64,000 bases of DNA, taken from contig JALDZX010000007.1 of NCBI GenBank assembly GCA_022813865.1, forward strand, positions 1 to 64,000. The letters run 5' to 3'. The notes beneath the pieces are model-generated. The model was not told the DNA's origin. It worked only from the letters and a program-made list of their open reading frames with translations, and made no database searches. This DNA comes from Xylographa opegraphella. Its lineage: Eukaryota. Numbering within the stretch: position 1 is the stretch's first letter; each line of letters opens with the position of its first letter. This document shows, one piece after another, positions 51,813 through 63,426 of this stretch. Position numbers and translations under genes: made by a program.

Positions 51813-52423
51813 TAGCAAGGGTTGACGCCCTCGAGCAGGCAGTGGGTCTGAAGCCTGTCACTCTCGCCTTCCCCTATCTGCGCGTGTAGGTCGAGACAAG
51901 TTCGCCATTGCCCCAAAGCGTGTGGCCCGGGCCGATGCGAGCCTGCATAGGTGCGCGGCGACGGTGCACTGCAGGCAGCTGAGTGCCCAATTTTCCTTCA
52001 TACATACCGTCCTAGTCATACCGCCGATCTTGAAGCGCTAGCCTAAGCGTTCCTAGCAGTCCATGGCTTCTGACCTTGTGCAAAACTCTTTGTATTCTAT
52101 CTTGAAGGGTATGTACATGGGCTGTACCATCAGCATCCACTGTGATCTGCTCGTTATAGAGCCTTTCCAAACTATCCTTCCTCGTTTTGTATCATACCCT
52201 TTCACCCTTTCCCCTTGTGTTGAGCCGTCTGGGTCTCGAGCCTATTCTCTGTTGGGGTTTGTTGGTAAATGGTGCATCGGTTTAGTGTCTTCCAACCAGC
52301 ATTAATCTATTTACCACCCCTCAACCAGCCTTATTCTTACCTTTGTGTTGAAATATTGCTGGCTCTATCGAGATCGGAACCTGCAAACCCAAATCAGACG
52401 GAGCCAAGAAAAAGTAAAGGAAA

Positions 52424-53758
52424 ATGGCGAAATCGACCCACCATACATGGATAGCAAACAAGGGTTCAATTCCGATACGCGAGTCAAGCGCCATGAACAC
52501 GATTCCTGGTGAACCCCCGGATGGCGGCGTAAAGGCTTGGACTCAGGTCTTTATGGGTCACCTAGTCCTGATCAATGGCTGGGGATACCTGACTTCCTTT
52601 GGCCTGTTTCAGTCATACTACACGACTACCTTCAACAGCTCCCAGTCTGAGATTTCATGGATCGGTTCGGTACAGATATTCCTCGTCTACTTGGTCGGCA
52701 CCTTCTCGGGTCGAGCGCTTGACGCTGGATACTACCAGTCAGTAATGATTGCTGGACTATTTCTCCAAATTCTCGGGGTTTTTATGACATCGATCTCGTC
52801 GCAATACTGGCAGCTATTTCTTGCGCAGGGCATTTGCAAAGGCTTGGGAGATGGATTGGTCTTTTGTCCAACCGTTTCCTTGGTAGCTACTTACTTCACC
52901 AAGAAACGCGCTATAGCCATGGCAGGTACCGCTGCCGGTGCTGGGACAGGCGGGATCATTTTCCCGTTGATCGCACAACAGCTTCTGCCCAGGATAGGAT
53001 TCGGTTGGACGGTCAGGATAATGGGCTTTGTGATCTTGTTCAATAGTATTATAATACTATCCATTGCCCGCGTGCGTCTACCGCCTCGGAGAGTGGGACC
53101 TCTCGTTGAATGGAATGCGTTCACGGAGATACCATACACACTGTTTTGCATTGGCATGTTCTTGAATCTCTGGGCCGTTTACTTCGCATACTTCTACGTG
53201 AGTTTACTCGTACTATTGTTGAGGGCTTTCTAACGTTCAATGCAGATAAGTGTCTTCAGCAAGAATATCATCGACCTCTCCGCCTCGACGTCCCTGACAA
53301 TCCTGCTCGTCATGAATGCGATCGGTATCCCCGGCCGCTTGAGCTGCGGCCTCATGGCCGATCGTCTTCTCGGCCCAGTGAATACCTTAACGCCCGTGGC
53401 ATTCCTTTCGGGCATTCTGCTATACTGCTGGGCGGCAGTAAACTCCACAGGCAGCCTGTTTGCATTCTGCATCATCTACGGCTTTTTCGCGGCTGGCGTT
53501 CAAAGTCTCTTCCCCGCCGCCTGTGCAAGTCTGACAGCCGATCTCAAAAAAATGGGAGTCCGGACAGGGATGTGCTTCTCCGTCGTATCGATTGCCTGTC
53601 TGACGGGCCCGCCATTGGCAGGTGCTTTGATCCAGCGAGACGACGGAGGCTTTCTGTTCGCGCAGGTCTTTGGAGGCTCGGCGTTCATGGGCGGTTCGGC
53701 CACTTTGCTGGCCGCTCGCATCTCGAAGAACGGTGGGGATTTGAAACTCCGGATGTAG
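52424..53758 (+). CDS. MFS transporter, monocarboxylate porter (MCT/Mch) family
   Basis: PPDGGVKAW, SFGLFQSYY, ISWIGSVQ, SGRALDAG and YFTKKRAIAM. One intron at about 53198-53267. Multiple hydrophobic segments. Confidence 0.92.
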
Positions 53759-54800
53759 ACCCGATGGGAAGACTTTCTGCTCACGTCTAGATCTCTGCCG
53801 TTCGCGGAACTAAACTTAGATGATAGAACTGGCTTGAGCATCTTTCGCCAGCTGGCATGAGGGAATGGGATGTGCGTTTTCTGTTGATAGAAGGAAAAGT
53901 CCTGCACGTTGTACAGACCAGGAGACTTGAATCTGGAACAGAGAGTACGTCACGGTGGCCACATCTCCAGATTGGTCAGCGCCCTCACATTCATGGTAGA
54001 TGAGCTATTGGACCTGCAGCAATTAATGCCCTCGCAAGGCTGACTCTACGGTAGGCTACGGAAACCGCCCATCACCTAAGTATCTTAAGGCACCTAGGTG
54101 AAGGGCACAACGGCCCTTCACCCTTCACCATACCAGCTCACTCACTCCCTCCACTCCGCCCACCACCCCACAATGCACCACCCCCTTCACCGCCTCCTCA
54201 TCCCCTCCGCACCGTCCACCTATCCCACAACCCTCATCTCTCATCCCCACCCAGCTCCTCCTCCTCCTCCTCCTCCTCCTCACTGCGATGGCGCACTCAC
54301 CCCCCAAAACCACGGGCACAAGGATACACAAGTAAGCCGGAGTTCTAATCACCGAACCAAATACCGCGGCCCGGGAGCCAGGTGGTGGGACCCGTTCCGC
54401 ACCCCGGGCATATGAGGCGCGGGTGGTGTGGGGCGGTAATTTCGTGCTGTCGTCGCTTTTCCTGCCAGGGGCCGAGCGCGGTTAGGCGGGAATCCTGCGG
54501 GATGCGTGTGCGCGGCTCGGTTGTGAGGGAGGAAAGGGAAGGTGGGAGATGGTACCTTAGTACTGTGCCTGGTGGGGAGTTAGGGGGGGTTGTGGAGGTG
54601 ATCGGTTTAGGGAATACGGGGAGTGGGGTTTGGTTCGGTGTGATGTGATGGTGAGAATATCGGATAGTAAAGCGCGGGCGCGTAGGGATCATGGGCTTTT
54701 GTCGCTATTGTTCCGTGCGTCGTTTTATAGGTAGGCTATGGGTTTTTGCAGCTCGTGGTGCAGCTGGATGGATAGATGATGATTCGGAATGTTTACACTT

Positions 54801-54932
54801 CGCGTTTGAATACTTTGGAGTAGACTACTGCGAGGTTCACTCGTTGATAAAGGTAGACCAGCTTTCCGCGTTTGAGTATTTGGGAGTAGACTACTGCGAA
54901 CGTTCACTCGTTCATAAACGTAACCACCTTTG
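54801..54932. repeat. Imperfect tandem duplication (about 66-67 bp) spanning the nitrilase stop codon
   Basis: CGCGTTTGA..GGAGTAGACTACTGCGA..GTTCACTCGTT.ATAAA occurs at 54801 and again at 54867. Confidence 0.85.
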
Positions 54933-55985
54933 CAGCCTTCGAGTTGACCTGGAGGCTCAGGAGGTCCGGTCGAGAGTAGTGACCGACGGTATCAATCATC
55001 GCTTTGGAGTAGTCGATGTCTCGAAGGTCAATATCCGCTTGCAAGATGCCTTCTTCTCCAGGTGAAAGGGCCTCCACTAAGGGTTTTCCATCTGGACCAA
55101 AGATCATGGAGAAGCCGCCACCAGGCTATCCGACCGTAAGCAAGAACAACAGATATGGATGGGGAGAATGCCTTACGGTCTGGCATATTTTAGTGCCCAG
55201 CAGATTCAGCTTCTTCAGGTTCGGCTCCGTAAGCACTTGAGTGGCAACGAGGACAAACGCTTGCCCCTCAATGGCCAGGAACTGACTCGCCAACAAGCTC
55301 CCCTTGTCTGTTTCACTAAACTGCCACGTCACAACATTCTCATCGGGCATGGGAAACATCGGTGGCCAGCCAGCGACATGGATCTGCACGCCTTGCGAGT
55401 ACTCGTAGTAGCGAAGAAGCGGCTGTAAATGCTCCCAGCAGTTCAAGCCACCGATCTTGCCAAAGGGAGAGTCTACGACCGTTTGGAGGGAGTCGGCCTG
55501 GCCGTCTCCCCAGACAGCTCGCTCGACGTGGGTGGGCTTTATTTTGCGACGATGGAGCACAATGGCACCGTCCACGGAGATGAATGACTGGGCGATGTAC
55601 AAGCTCGTGCCGTCTCTTTCGCTGTAGCCAAGGACCACAAAGATGCCCGCGGCCTTCACAGCGGCCCTGATACGGTCCATTTCTTTCGACTCTCGAACTA
55701 AGGAATTAGCCATGTAGTCGTGAATCAGGTTGCCATTGGTGACGACGCTCTCCGTCCAGATGGCCCTTGATGACACTTGCATCCTCAGTATACGATACGA
55801 CGTAAGTTCTTTAGGAAGAATAACAGAACTGACCATGGGTAGCCAGGTATCCATACCTCGGGAAACCCAAGGACTTGGACACCTTTGCTCGCTGCTTCTT
55901 CGATCAAAGAGATAGTCTTCTCGACCGAACCTTGGAGATCGATCCAGACAGGTTCTGCCTGAACGGCTCCTACACGAACTGGCAT
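54904..55985 (-). CDS. Nitrilase (Glu-Lys-Cys triad), arylacetonitrilase-like
   Basis: [39 protein letters not shown] and [12 protein letters not shown]. Two introns. Confidence 0.93.
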
Positions 55986-58566
55986 GATTTTCTTTGGGTG
56001 GGTAGTCTAAGACCAGTCAGGACAACAATGGCACGTCAACACACAATTTAGCACTGGCTGAACTATCGCTGCGTCGATTGAGCGCAGCGACGGATGGCGT
56101 ACTTGAATCTCGAGCTTGAACATTCAACGATGGGGGCGAATATATGAATGTATATAACGCATATGTACTGAGATAGTACTATGTATACTTGACCCTATTC
56201 AGCTTCGTGCAACTTATTGCATACCACTGATGTGCACACCGGTGCACGTTGAAAGAAATTCAATGTGATGAAAACCGACTGAGTGCAAAGAAGCAATACA
56301 TCTTTCGTGCGGGGTATGGGCATAAGGTATCACCAATGACCATCATGCCACCGACTTACTACGCAGCTTGCAGATTCGTGTAACAACGGAACAAACTTAT
56401 GTTTACATTTCGGCTGGATTTGGACTAGGTCGTATTCATTCCGGATGCTTAGGTACCGTATTTCACCATTGAATTCTTGCATAAGGTACCTAATCTCAAT
56501 TTCTGCCGCTAGAGCAAATATGAGGGATTTATGTCTCCATATCTCTCACGTATTCTCTTCCCAGCTGCCTGATTTGAATCCATGTTTTTATGTTGCCATG
56601 CTACTTGTTTTGGTGCATTGTTGTCTGGATGATTGAGAGGGGCTGATCAACCAAGAGCAAGAGACACGGGGCACTTCACGAATTCACAGACGAGGTTCCC
56701 ACATCCACTGATGCTTTCTCTCTATGTCGTGAGGCATAACTGTGTGACCTGTGATCCATTTCTGAGTTACATCGGAACTGTAGGCCTGTGCTGGTGGTCG
56801 AAGGATATACCCCAAGCCGACGACATACGGTTCCGGAGATGCCTACCAGGGTTTCGATTGTGGTACTCATGACCAGTAGGAACTGCAGTCGCGAACCATG
56901 GCTAGGGACGGTCAACTCTCCCTTACTACTGACTGGTTTCAGTGGGTGGATACCCTATTCAGTTCTATTTCTAGCCTGTTGTGGAACAAAAGATACCTCA
57001 CGATCGCAGATGTGCAGTCCGCAGGAAGACTCGTCCCAACATCACTAGTCTGTTTGTTATCAAGGAGTGAGACACCTTCAACCACCGTGGGAGATTTTTT
57101 TCTTCTCTTGTTGTTAATGTCCTTCCTCGTTCTTGGCATTTTTGTATGTCCAATTCTCTCTTGCTTGCTTCACCGTCCCCTTCGTATACTTTACCTCCAA
57201 ACAGGAATGATCATAGTCCTTCTCAATCTATCCTACTTCATTATTCAGAGGTACAATCTGCAGCCAGTGGTGGAGTTCTACATTGTCTAACACGGCAGAA
57301 CTGACGTTCCTGTTATCTTTTGGTAGATTTTGTCCTTGTTTCCTAAAGGATGATCATGGCGAGTCCCAATTACGAATCTTAGGAAGCTAGGTTTCAGGAA
57401 CTTGCTAAACGCTTCAAACAGACGAAGAACTATTACGGATAAACGTACGTATTCTTTGACTCGAAATTACTATGTTCCCTTTCCGAGTCCGTCTCAAGTA
57501 TCGTTCGCTACGTTGCCATGACTGATTGCTCATGTTCTCTTGCCTCATGTACAGATTCATTCAGGGGATCAAGGCCGAGTGCCTTTTCCGCCACAGGCGA
57601 ATGAGTCGAACGTAAAGAGGCGTAGACTATCAAGGTATTTATACAATACAAGTAGAACAGAACGACCAGTATCATTGCTGGAAACTTGAGTGATACTCGA
57701 TCATATCTACCGAGTCCCCCTGCGAAGATATGTATCGCCGAGTGATGCTTGCTAATACCTTCACAGCCTCGACCCAACGGCAATGAGAAGCTGCGGGGCC
57801 AGCGGAGTATTGCTCTTTTGCTGTTCGATATCCACCACACGCCGGTATAAGCCACAGAACCAGCTGGTAAATCGGGCTTTATGCTACTCGGGATGATACT
57901 ACAGACGAGAAACTGGGCCACATCTGTGTCGGTGAAAGCTTTGAAGCTTACAGGAACCATCTCTTTCTGAGTCTCTTAAGCAGCTTTACAGCTATTGATT
58001 AGGAATGCTCGAATACTCTACTGAACAAGCACACAATCTCTGAGACACGTTACCAATCTACACAATTGAAGCAGTTTCACTTTTTCGATGAGTTGATGTC
58101 GAAAAGTTTCAAGCACAATAATCCTTTTTACGCATGTTCTCAAGCGCCTAGGTATTCCACGCAGACTCGGGTCTACACCAGGGCCCTGTTACAAAAGCCG
58201 TAAATCGTGTGGTTATCTCTCTTCTCCAGGGCTTCATTGCGCACAACCGACTCTTACCGTCTTATATTGATTGGGACTACCCCTCCCTCGACCAATACAT
58301 TCGTCGACGGTCAGAGCACTTACATCTGCTATTTGGGCAACATTGCGTATTAGATTAGAAGAAAGCCGCTCAGCCGTCAAAGCATGCCAATTTTATGACC
58401 ATACACATTCATTTAACTGTCTATTTACTCGTCATAGGCGGTGTGCTCAAGAGAATCACCCACTCGTTCACAATCGTCTGATGGCCTTAGCTGCTCAACC
58501 GGCATTGCCCTCTGGGAGCGATCATATCACCGTATGTTTAATCACCACTTTATCGTCTATTCCATC

Positions 58567-59607
58567 TCAGACCCTCATCTCTAGCTTGAGTAAATCTCTT
58601 TCTACAATATCGTCTTTCTTCCCTTCCAGCTCACCAACGTCCCACTGCGCGCTCAGATATCGCCCGTTCAGCCAATCCCTCCGTTCCTTCGTCAACCAGA
58701 CGCAAAATCCACCGCAAAGGTCGGGATCATCATTGAGGTCTTGGACGAACAAAAGTCAGCATGCTGTCATATTCTTACCATAATTCTCATTATCTCAACC
58801 CCTACACCAAATCCGCCTCACGTAGCTCTTCCTAAGTTGAGGAAAAGATAACTCACAGGCCAACAGCTGCTTCGGCACAGACTTATCCGAGCCCGTCTCC
58901 GTCAACACCCCGCCTGGATGCAGCGCATTAGCCAATAGCCCCTCCTTCGCATACTGGCCCGCCAAGAACTCCGTGAATTTATTAACCGCCACCTTGCTCA
59001 TTGAATACGCGCACGCTCCGCGATTCATAAGCGCTGAAATGCTCGTGATATTCACCACCGTCTTTGCCCCTTCCTCACTGCTCAGCAGCAGCGGTAAGAA
59101 GTAATGGGAGACAATGAACGTCCCCACCACGTTGATATCCGTGACCAGCTGAAAATCCTTTGGCGAATGCGCCATGATCTTATTTGACGCCGCGCCAATT
59201 GTTCCTGCATTGTTGACCAGCACGTCCAATCGGCCAAAGGTATCTTTGACAAGAGCGAAAAGCGCGCGGACGGAATCTTCAGAGGTTATGTCGCACGCGG
59301 CGGCCAAACATTTGGTCGAGGGGCTGAGGGTGGCGATGTGCGCTTTCGCGGCGGTGAGGTCGGCTTCCGTGCGTGCGCAGAGGATGATTCCGCTGGCGTG
59401 GGCTTTAGCGTACGAGAAGGCGATTTCTTTGCCAATGCCCTTGCCAGCGCCTGTGACGAGAACGACGAACGGAGAGGGGAGCCGGGCTTTGGTGGGGTCT
59501 GTGAGGGCGGTAACACTACTGTGCTGAGTGGGAGTGAAACCGGCGCCATTGGAGGGGTGGGGCTTCCATGCGCCGTCCTCCCAGAAGCGGTCATAGTCTT
59601 CGGCCAT
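58567..59607 (-). CDS. Short-chain dehydrogenase/reductase
   Basis: LVTGAGKGIG, LDVLVNNAG, catalytic YSMSK and HPGGV. The last exon has WLNGRYLSAQWDV. Confidence 0.92.
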
Positions 59608-59940
59608 GTTTGCGTGTATGAGTGAGCTGTTGGTAGGTGGTAGGAAACTCGATAGAGCGGCAAAGCGTCTGAGGTTTAATGCTCCTCAGTGCGCCACAAG
59701 CAGCATAAGGGCCTGCATTAGTTCGAGCATAACCTTTGAGCGGCGGTCTCGACAATCGGCATACTCTCGGCACTGTTGAATGCGGTAATGCGGGAGGATT
59801 CCATCATATCGCAGTGGGGAGACGGAGAATCCAATGGCGTTGTGGATAATACTAGGATCAATAGGCGTATTGGCTAAAAGACATTCGGAACAAATGGTTT
59901 TTCCGTGCCGTGCATCTCACTTCTTACTACCAACCATTCT

Positions 59941-60350
59941 ATGGCTCTCGACCGGTCAGAAGGGCGTGATGTTTATATCTATGATGCCAGAGACCCTATC
60001 CGAACTATACTCGGTGGCTTACATCTCACCAATAGGATATCAAACGCTCTTTTTTACTCGATGATAAAGATTATCTTGGTATTTCAAAGCACTTTCTATC
60101 TTCAAAGTAAAAATCGTGAGATGAACAGTCATCCGCTTCGGCCAGGGAAGTACTATATTAATGGTAAAACTATACTGATCAACTCTAACCACTAGCCCAG
60201 CTTAAGGGATACTGAATAATATCTACCAAGTAACCAACAGGCTCCTTTGTAATTACCCATGAAGGTCCACTTACACACCCAGACTATCAGTAGGGTTTAG
60301 CTGGTTGCAGGGCTAGGCCCCACGAAAGCTTTTCTTGTGATATAAAAGCA
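59941..60350 (+). pseudogene. Truncated N-terminal fragment of a fungal HNH-endonuclease-family gene
   Basis: MALDRSEGRDVYIYDARDP..LGGLHLTNRISNALFYSMIKII..PLRPGKYYI, then an intron and GSFVITHE, then a stop. It resembles, from memory, the N-terminal domain of fungal HNH_2 proteins. No HNH core follows. Confidence 0.55.
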
Positions 60351-60628
60351 TGTGCTGAAAACTCTACATCTCATTGTATGGTCGATCGCTTCGATAGGAG
60401 CTTCCCACTGGGGTGGGGACCATCATGTTGAAAGAGCCGAGAGCACTTGGAGGCGGTAGCGATCGAATGAATGAAGAAAGTCAGACATATATAGATTCGA
60501 TTTATTATGGGAGATGTCCAGATCCTGATATAGTACAATCTATGCAAGGACCCACAACCGCGCCATGCAAATGCGACTCCTAGATTACAGGCGGAACCCG
60601 TGTGCTCCTATACAAGCCGGTTTTTTTC

Positions 60629-61659
60629 TCAACTTCCTTCCGCTTTCGACAATCCAGGCGCGGTCGCTGTCGCATCATGCGCGGCCATTGGTACCAGCTT
60701 ATCCGTCTCGCTCTGCACTCCGTAATCCTGCTTGACCTCATCTTTCGCGGCCTTGGCTCTCTCCGTCCTCGCCTGCCTCTCCGCCTCGTCGTCACGCTCG
60801 TCTCTGGGTCCTGATTCTTGCTTTTGCCCTTTGACCTCCCCTCGCTCATCTATTACCCTGCCTGTCTCCCCACTAGGCCTCCCTTCTAAACCGTCTACCC
60901 TCCCTTTGTCCTCTCCATCCTCGGCACCATCATTGAACCCCTCAATGCCGCCTGCAGCCTCCTCGTCCTCGTCCTCGTCCAGCTCCCCGCCGTACACGTC
61001 CGGATGCTGTCGAAAACATTCCTGCATGCCCTTGAAGCGATCGATGCAGTCCATCCCTTTCGGCTCCTCGTTACTGTAGACAAAGCAGCTGAACGCGGCG
61101 CGGAACTCTTCACCGCACGGGCCGTGCGCCATCCCGCCCAGGCATGGGCAGTCCCAGTTGATCTCGCCGGTTTCTTCGTTGAAGGCGCCTTGTTGGGAGG
61201 CCTCGTCTTCGAGGTCGGCAGGCGAGGATGTCGGTGGTGACGGCGCGTCAGTGGGGAGGGCGGAGGAGTCGGTAGGAGCGAGGATCGACGCTTTGGCGTC
61301 CGACGACGGCTGTGTCGATGGAAGCGTCGATTGCAGGCGAGAGGAGGGCGCCAGGGATGCGAGCGTTGGGAGGGGAGTCTCGGGCTCGTCGCCTGCGAGA
61401 TGGGGAGGGTAGACTGTTCCATCAGCATTCGTCAAGCCTTTCCAAGGGCTCTGCACGTACGAGCCGGCTCTTCAGCGAACACCGTGCTTGTGTTGTAGTA
61501 GTACAATCCCGCTATGCCGATGCCCCATCGCGCCGCACTGTTCTTCCAGCTCCGGGACTTCTGGTGCGGTGGCGCGGTGGTGAGGAATCGCCGGCGAGCG
61601 GCGGATCGGAGGGGCGGGAGGGATTGCCGTAGCAGGAGATTCGATGCTGGTCGGTACAT
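60629..61659 (-). CDS. MIA40: Mitochondrial intermembrane-space import oxidoreductase Mia40
   Basis: Presequence plus anchor ([21 protein letters not shown]), then [43 protein letters not shown] (CPC and twin CX9C). Confidence 0.96.
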
Positions 61660-62060
61660 TATGGGAGATGCAAGGAAAGGAACAAAAGGAAAGAAATGTT
61701 GTACATATGATTAGTGGCAGTGGAGTTTCGAGAAGGCGGATTGGATTTGTCAACGACGTCAATCTGCGATCCTGGACTATTTTTTTTAGGGATGCTCGAA
61801 TGACAGGGGTTCGCGACCTCGTTTGCGGGAACTCGTCCGGGTCACGTCGTTTTCACTCCACTAGATACGGAACTTTCGTACAAAGGTAGAGTTTGGAGAG
61901 GATGTTTTATGCGGGCTAGTTAACTTCTGCGTTCCTTTGGATATCGAATGTGCTTTGCATGTATATAAGGTCGAAATGATATAGTCTTTATTTGCTACAA
62001 TTACCTATTTTGCTATCGTTCTTGTCATAATTACTCCGTTCGATTGCCTTGTTCAGTGCG

Positions 62061-63062
62061 ATGTCTATCCCTGGAAACCCAGACTCCCATACGTCGCACG
62101 GTCCAGAATCTACGACAAAGATCTGGAGACCTGCTACCTATCTACACGCCGACCTCTCTCACCCGCCTCCACCGTACGCCGTCATCATCCTCAACCAACC
62201 CATCGAGAACCCCCGTCTTTTCGTACAGGTCTGCGCCAAAGGTAACCCGCACTCCGACATCCCCCAACCCGTGCCCATCACTTATCCGAACCAGCCTCCC
62301 TCGTGCTCGCTGCCGACGGCGGCCTGAACCGCTTGCGCCACCTGAGCCTCCACCATGACATCGGCATCGTACGTGAAGCCTCCACCCACCCCAGAGGCCG
62401 TGACTTTTTCTAACCGACAGATCCCCCACGCCGTCTGCGGCGACATGGACTCCGTCCGCGCGGACGTCCTCGAGCACTACTCCAACCTAGGCACGAAGGT
62501 GTACAAGGACCCGGACCAGTACTCCACCGACCTCACCAAATGTCTCCGGCACCTCAGCAGCCCGGAGTGGAAGCAGTACACCTTCCGCCACTGGGAGCGG
62601 TACCGAATTCTCTCCCCGCAGAACAGGGACGCCGAAGTCGCGCACCAGAGCTCCCTCTCCCTCGACGCGACCCTCGACGTCCTCGTCGTCGGCAGCCTCG
62701 GCGGCCGAGCCGACCAGGCCTTCTCCTTCATCCACCACCTCTACGCCGTGCACGAGGACCCGCTGATCCGGTGCGGGGACGTCTACCTGCTTGCTCCGGA
62801 GAGCGTCATGTTTCTGCTGCGGGAGGGGCGCAATCGCATCCTCACGCCGGTGGCGACGTCGCTGCTCGGCGAGAACGTGGGCATCATCCCCGTCGCGCGG
62901 CCAGCGGTCATCAGTACGCGCGGCTTGGAGTGGGACGTGCAGGCGTGGAAGACGGAGTTCGGGGGGCAGGTCAGCACGAGCAATCATGTGAGGAGCGAGA
63001 GTGTGGATGTGACTACGACGGAGCGCGTGCTCTTTACAGTCGAGCTGTGTTGCGTGGACTGA
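62061..63062 (+). CDS. THI80: Thiamine pyrophosphokinase
   Basis: IILNQPI, ADGGLNRL, GDMDSVR, DPDQYSTDLTKCL, LGGRADQ, TRGLEWDV and GGQVSTSNH. Two introns. Confidence 0.93.
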
Positions 63063-63426
63063 GGGGTCTGGAGGCGGGTTTTTGGGCAGGATTTGGGGCG
63101 GCTTGGATGGCGGACGCTTATGTTGGCACGGGATCGTGATCTTTGGAATCAGAAGTTCTGTGGAGTGTCTGCTGGGGAGGATATAGGTTTGCCTTTATTT
63201 GGCCCTGATGTATGTGTGAATGCGCTACGTTGGAGTGATTGTAGGCGATTTTTGATGTCGAAGGCGATAACGGTTGTGATAGTGTGCTAGAAATGTATGT
63301 ATTCTACGGAGAACACCACTATTGCTCCTAGCTATCAACGATACAGCATACAAAAACCCCACCAAAACATTCCGGACAATGGTTAAATGACGCTGGAAAA
63401 CTCAACCCGCAAAAACCTGAAACCGC

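Noticed and set aside
57508..57960. 150-aa ORF as a real gene
   Set aside because: No motif is recognisable and composition is atypical; it may be a relic but this is unsupported.
62061..63062. TPP riboswitch in the thiamine pyrophosphokinase introns
   Set aside because: The introns are short and lack the CTGAGA and CTGAT..G aptamer motifs.
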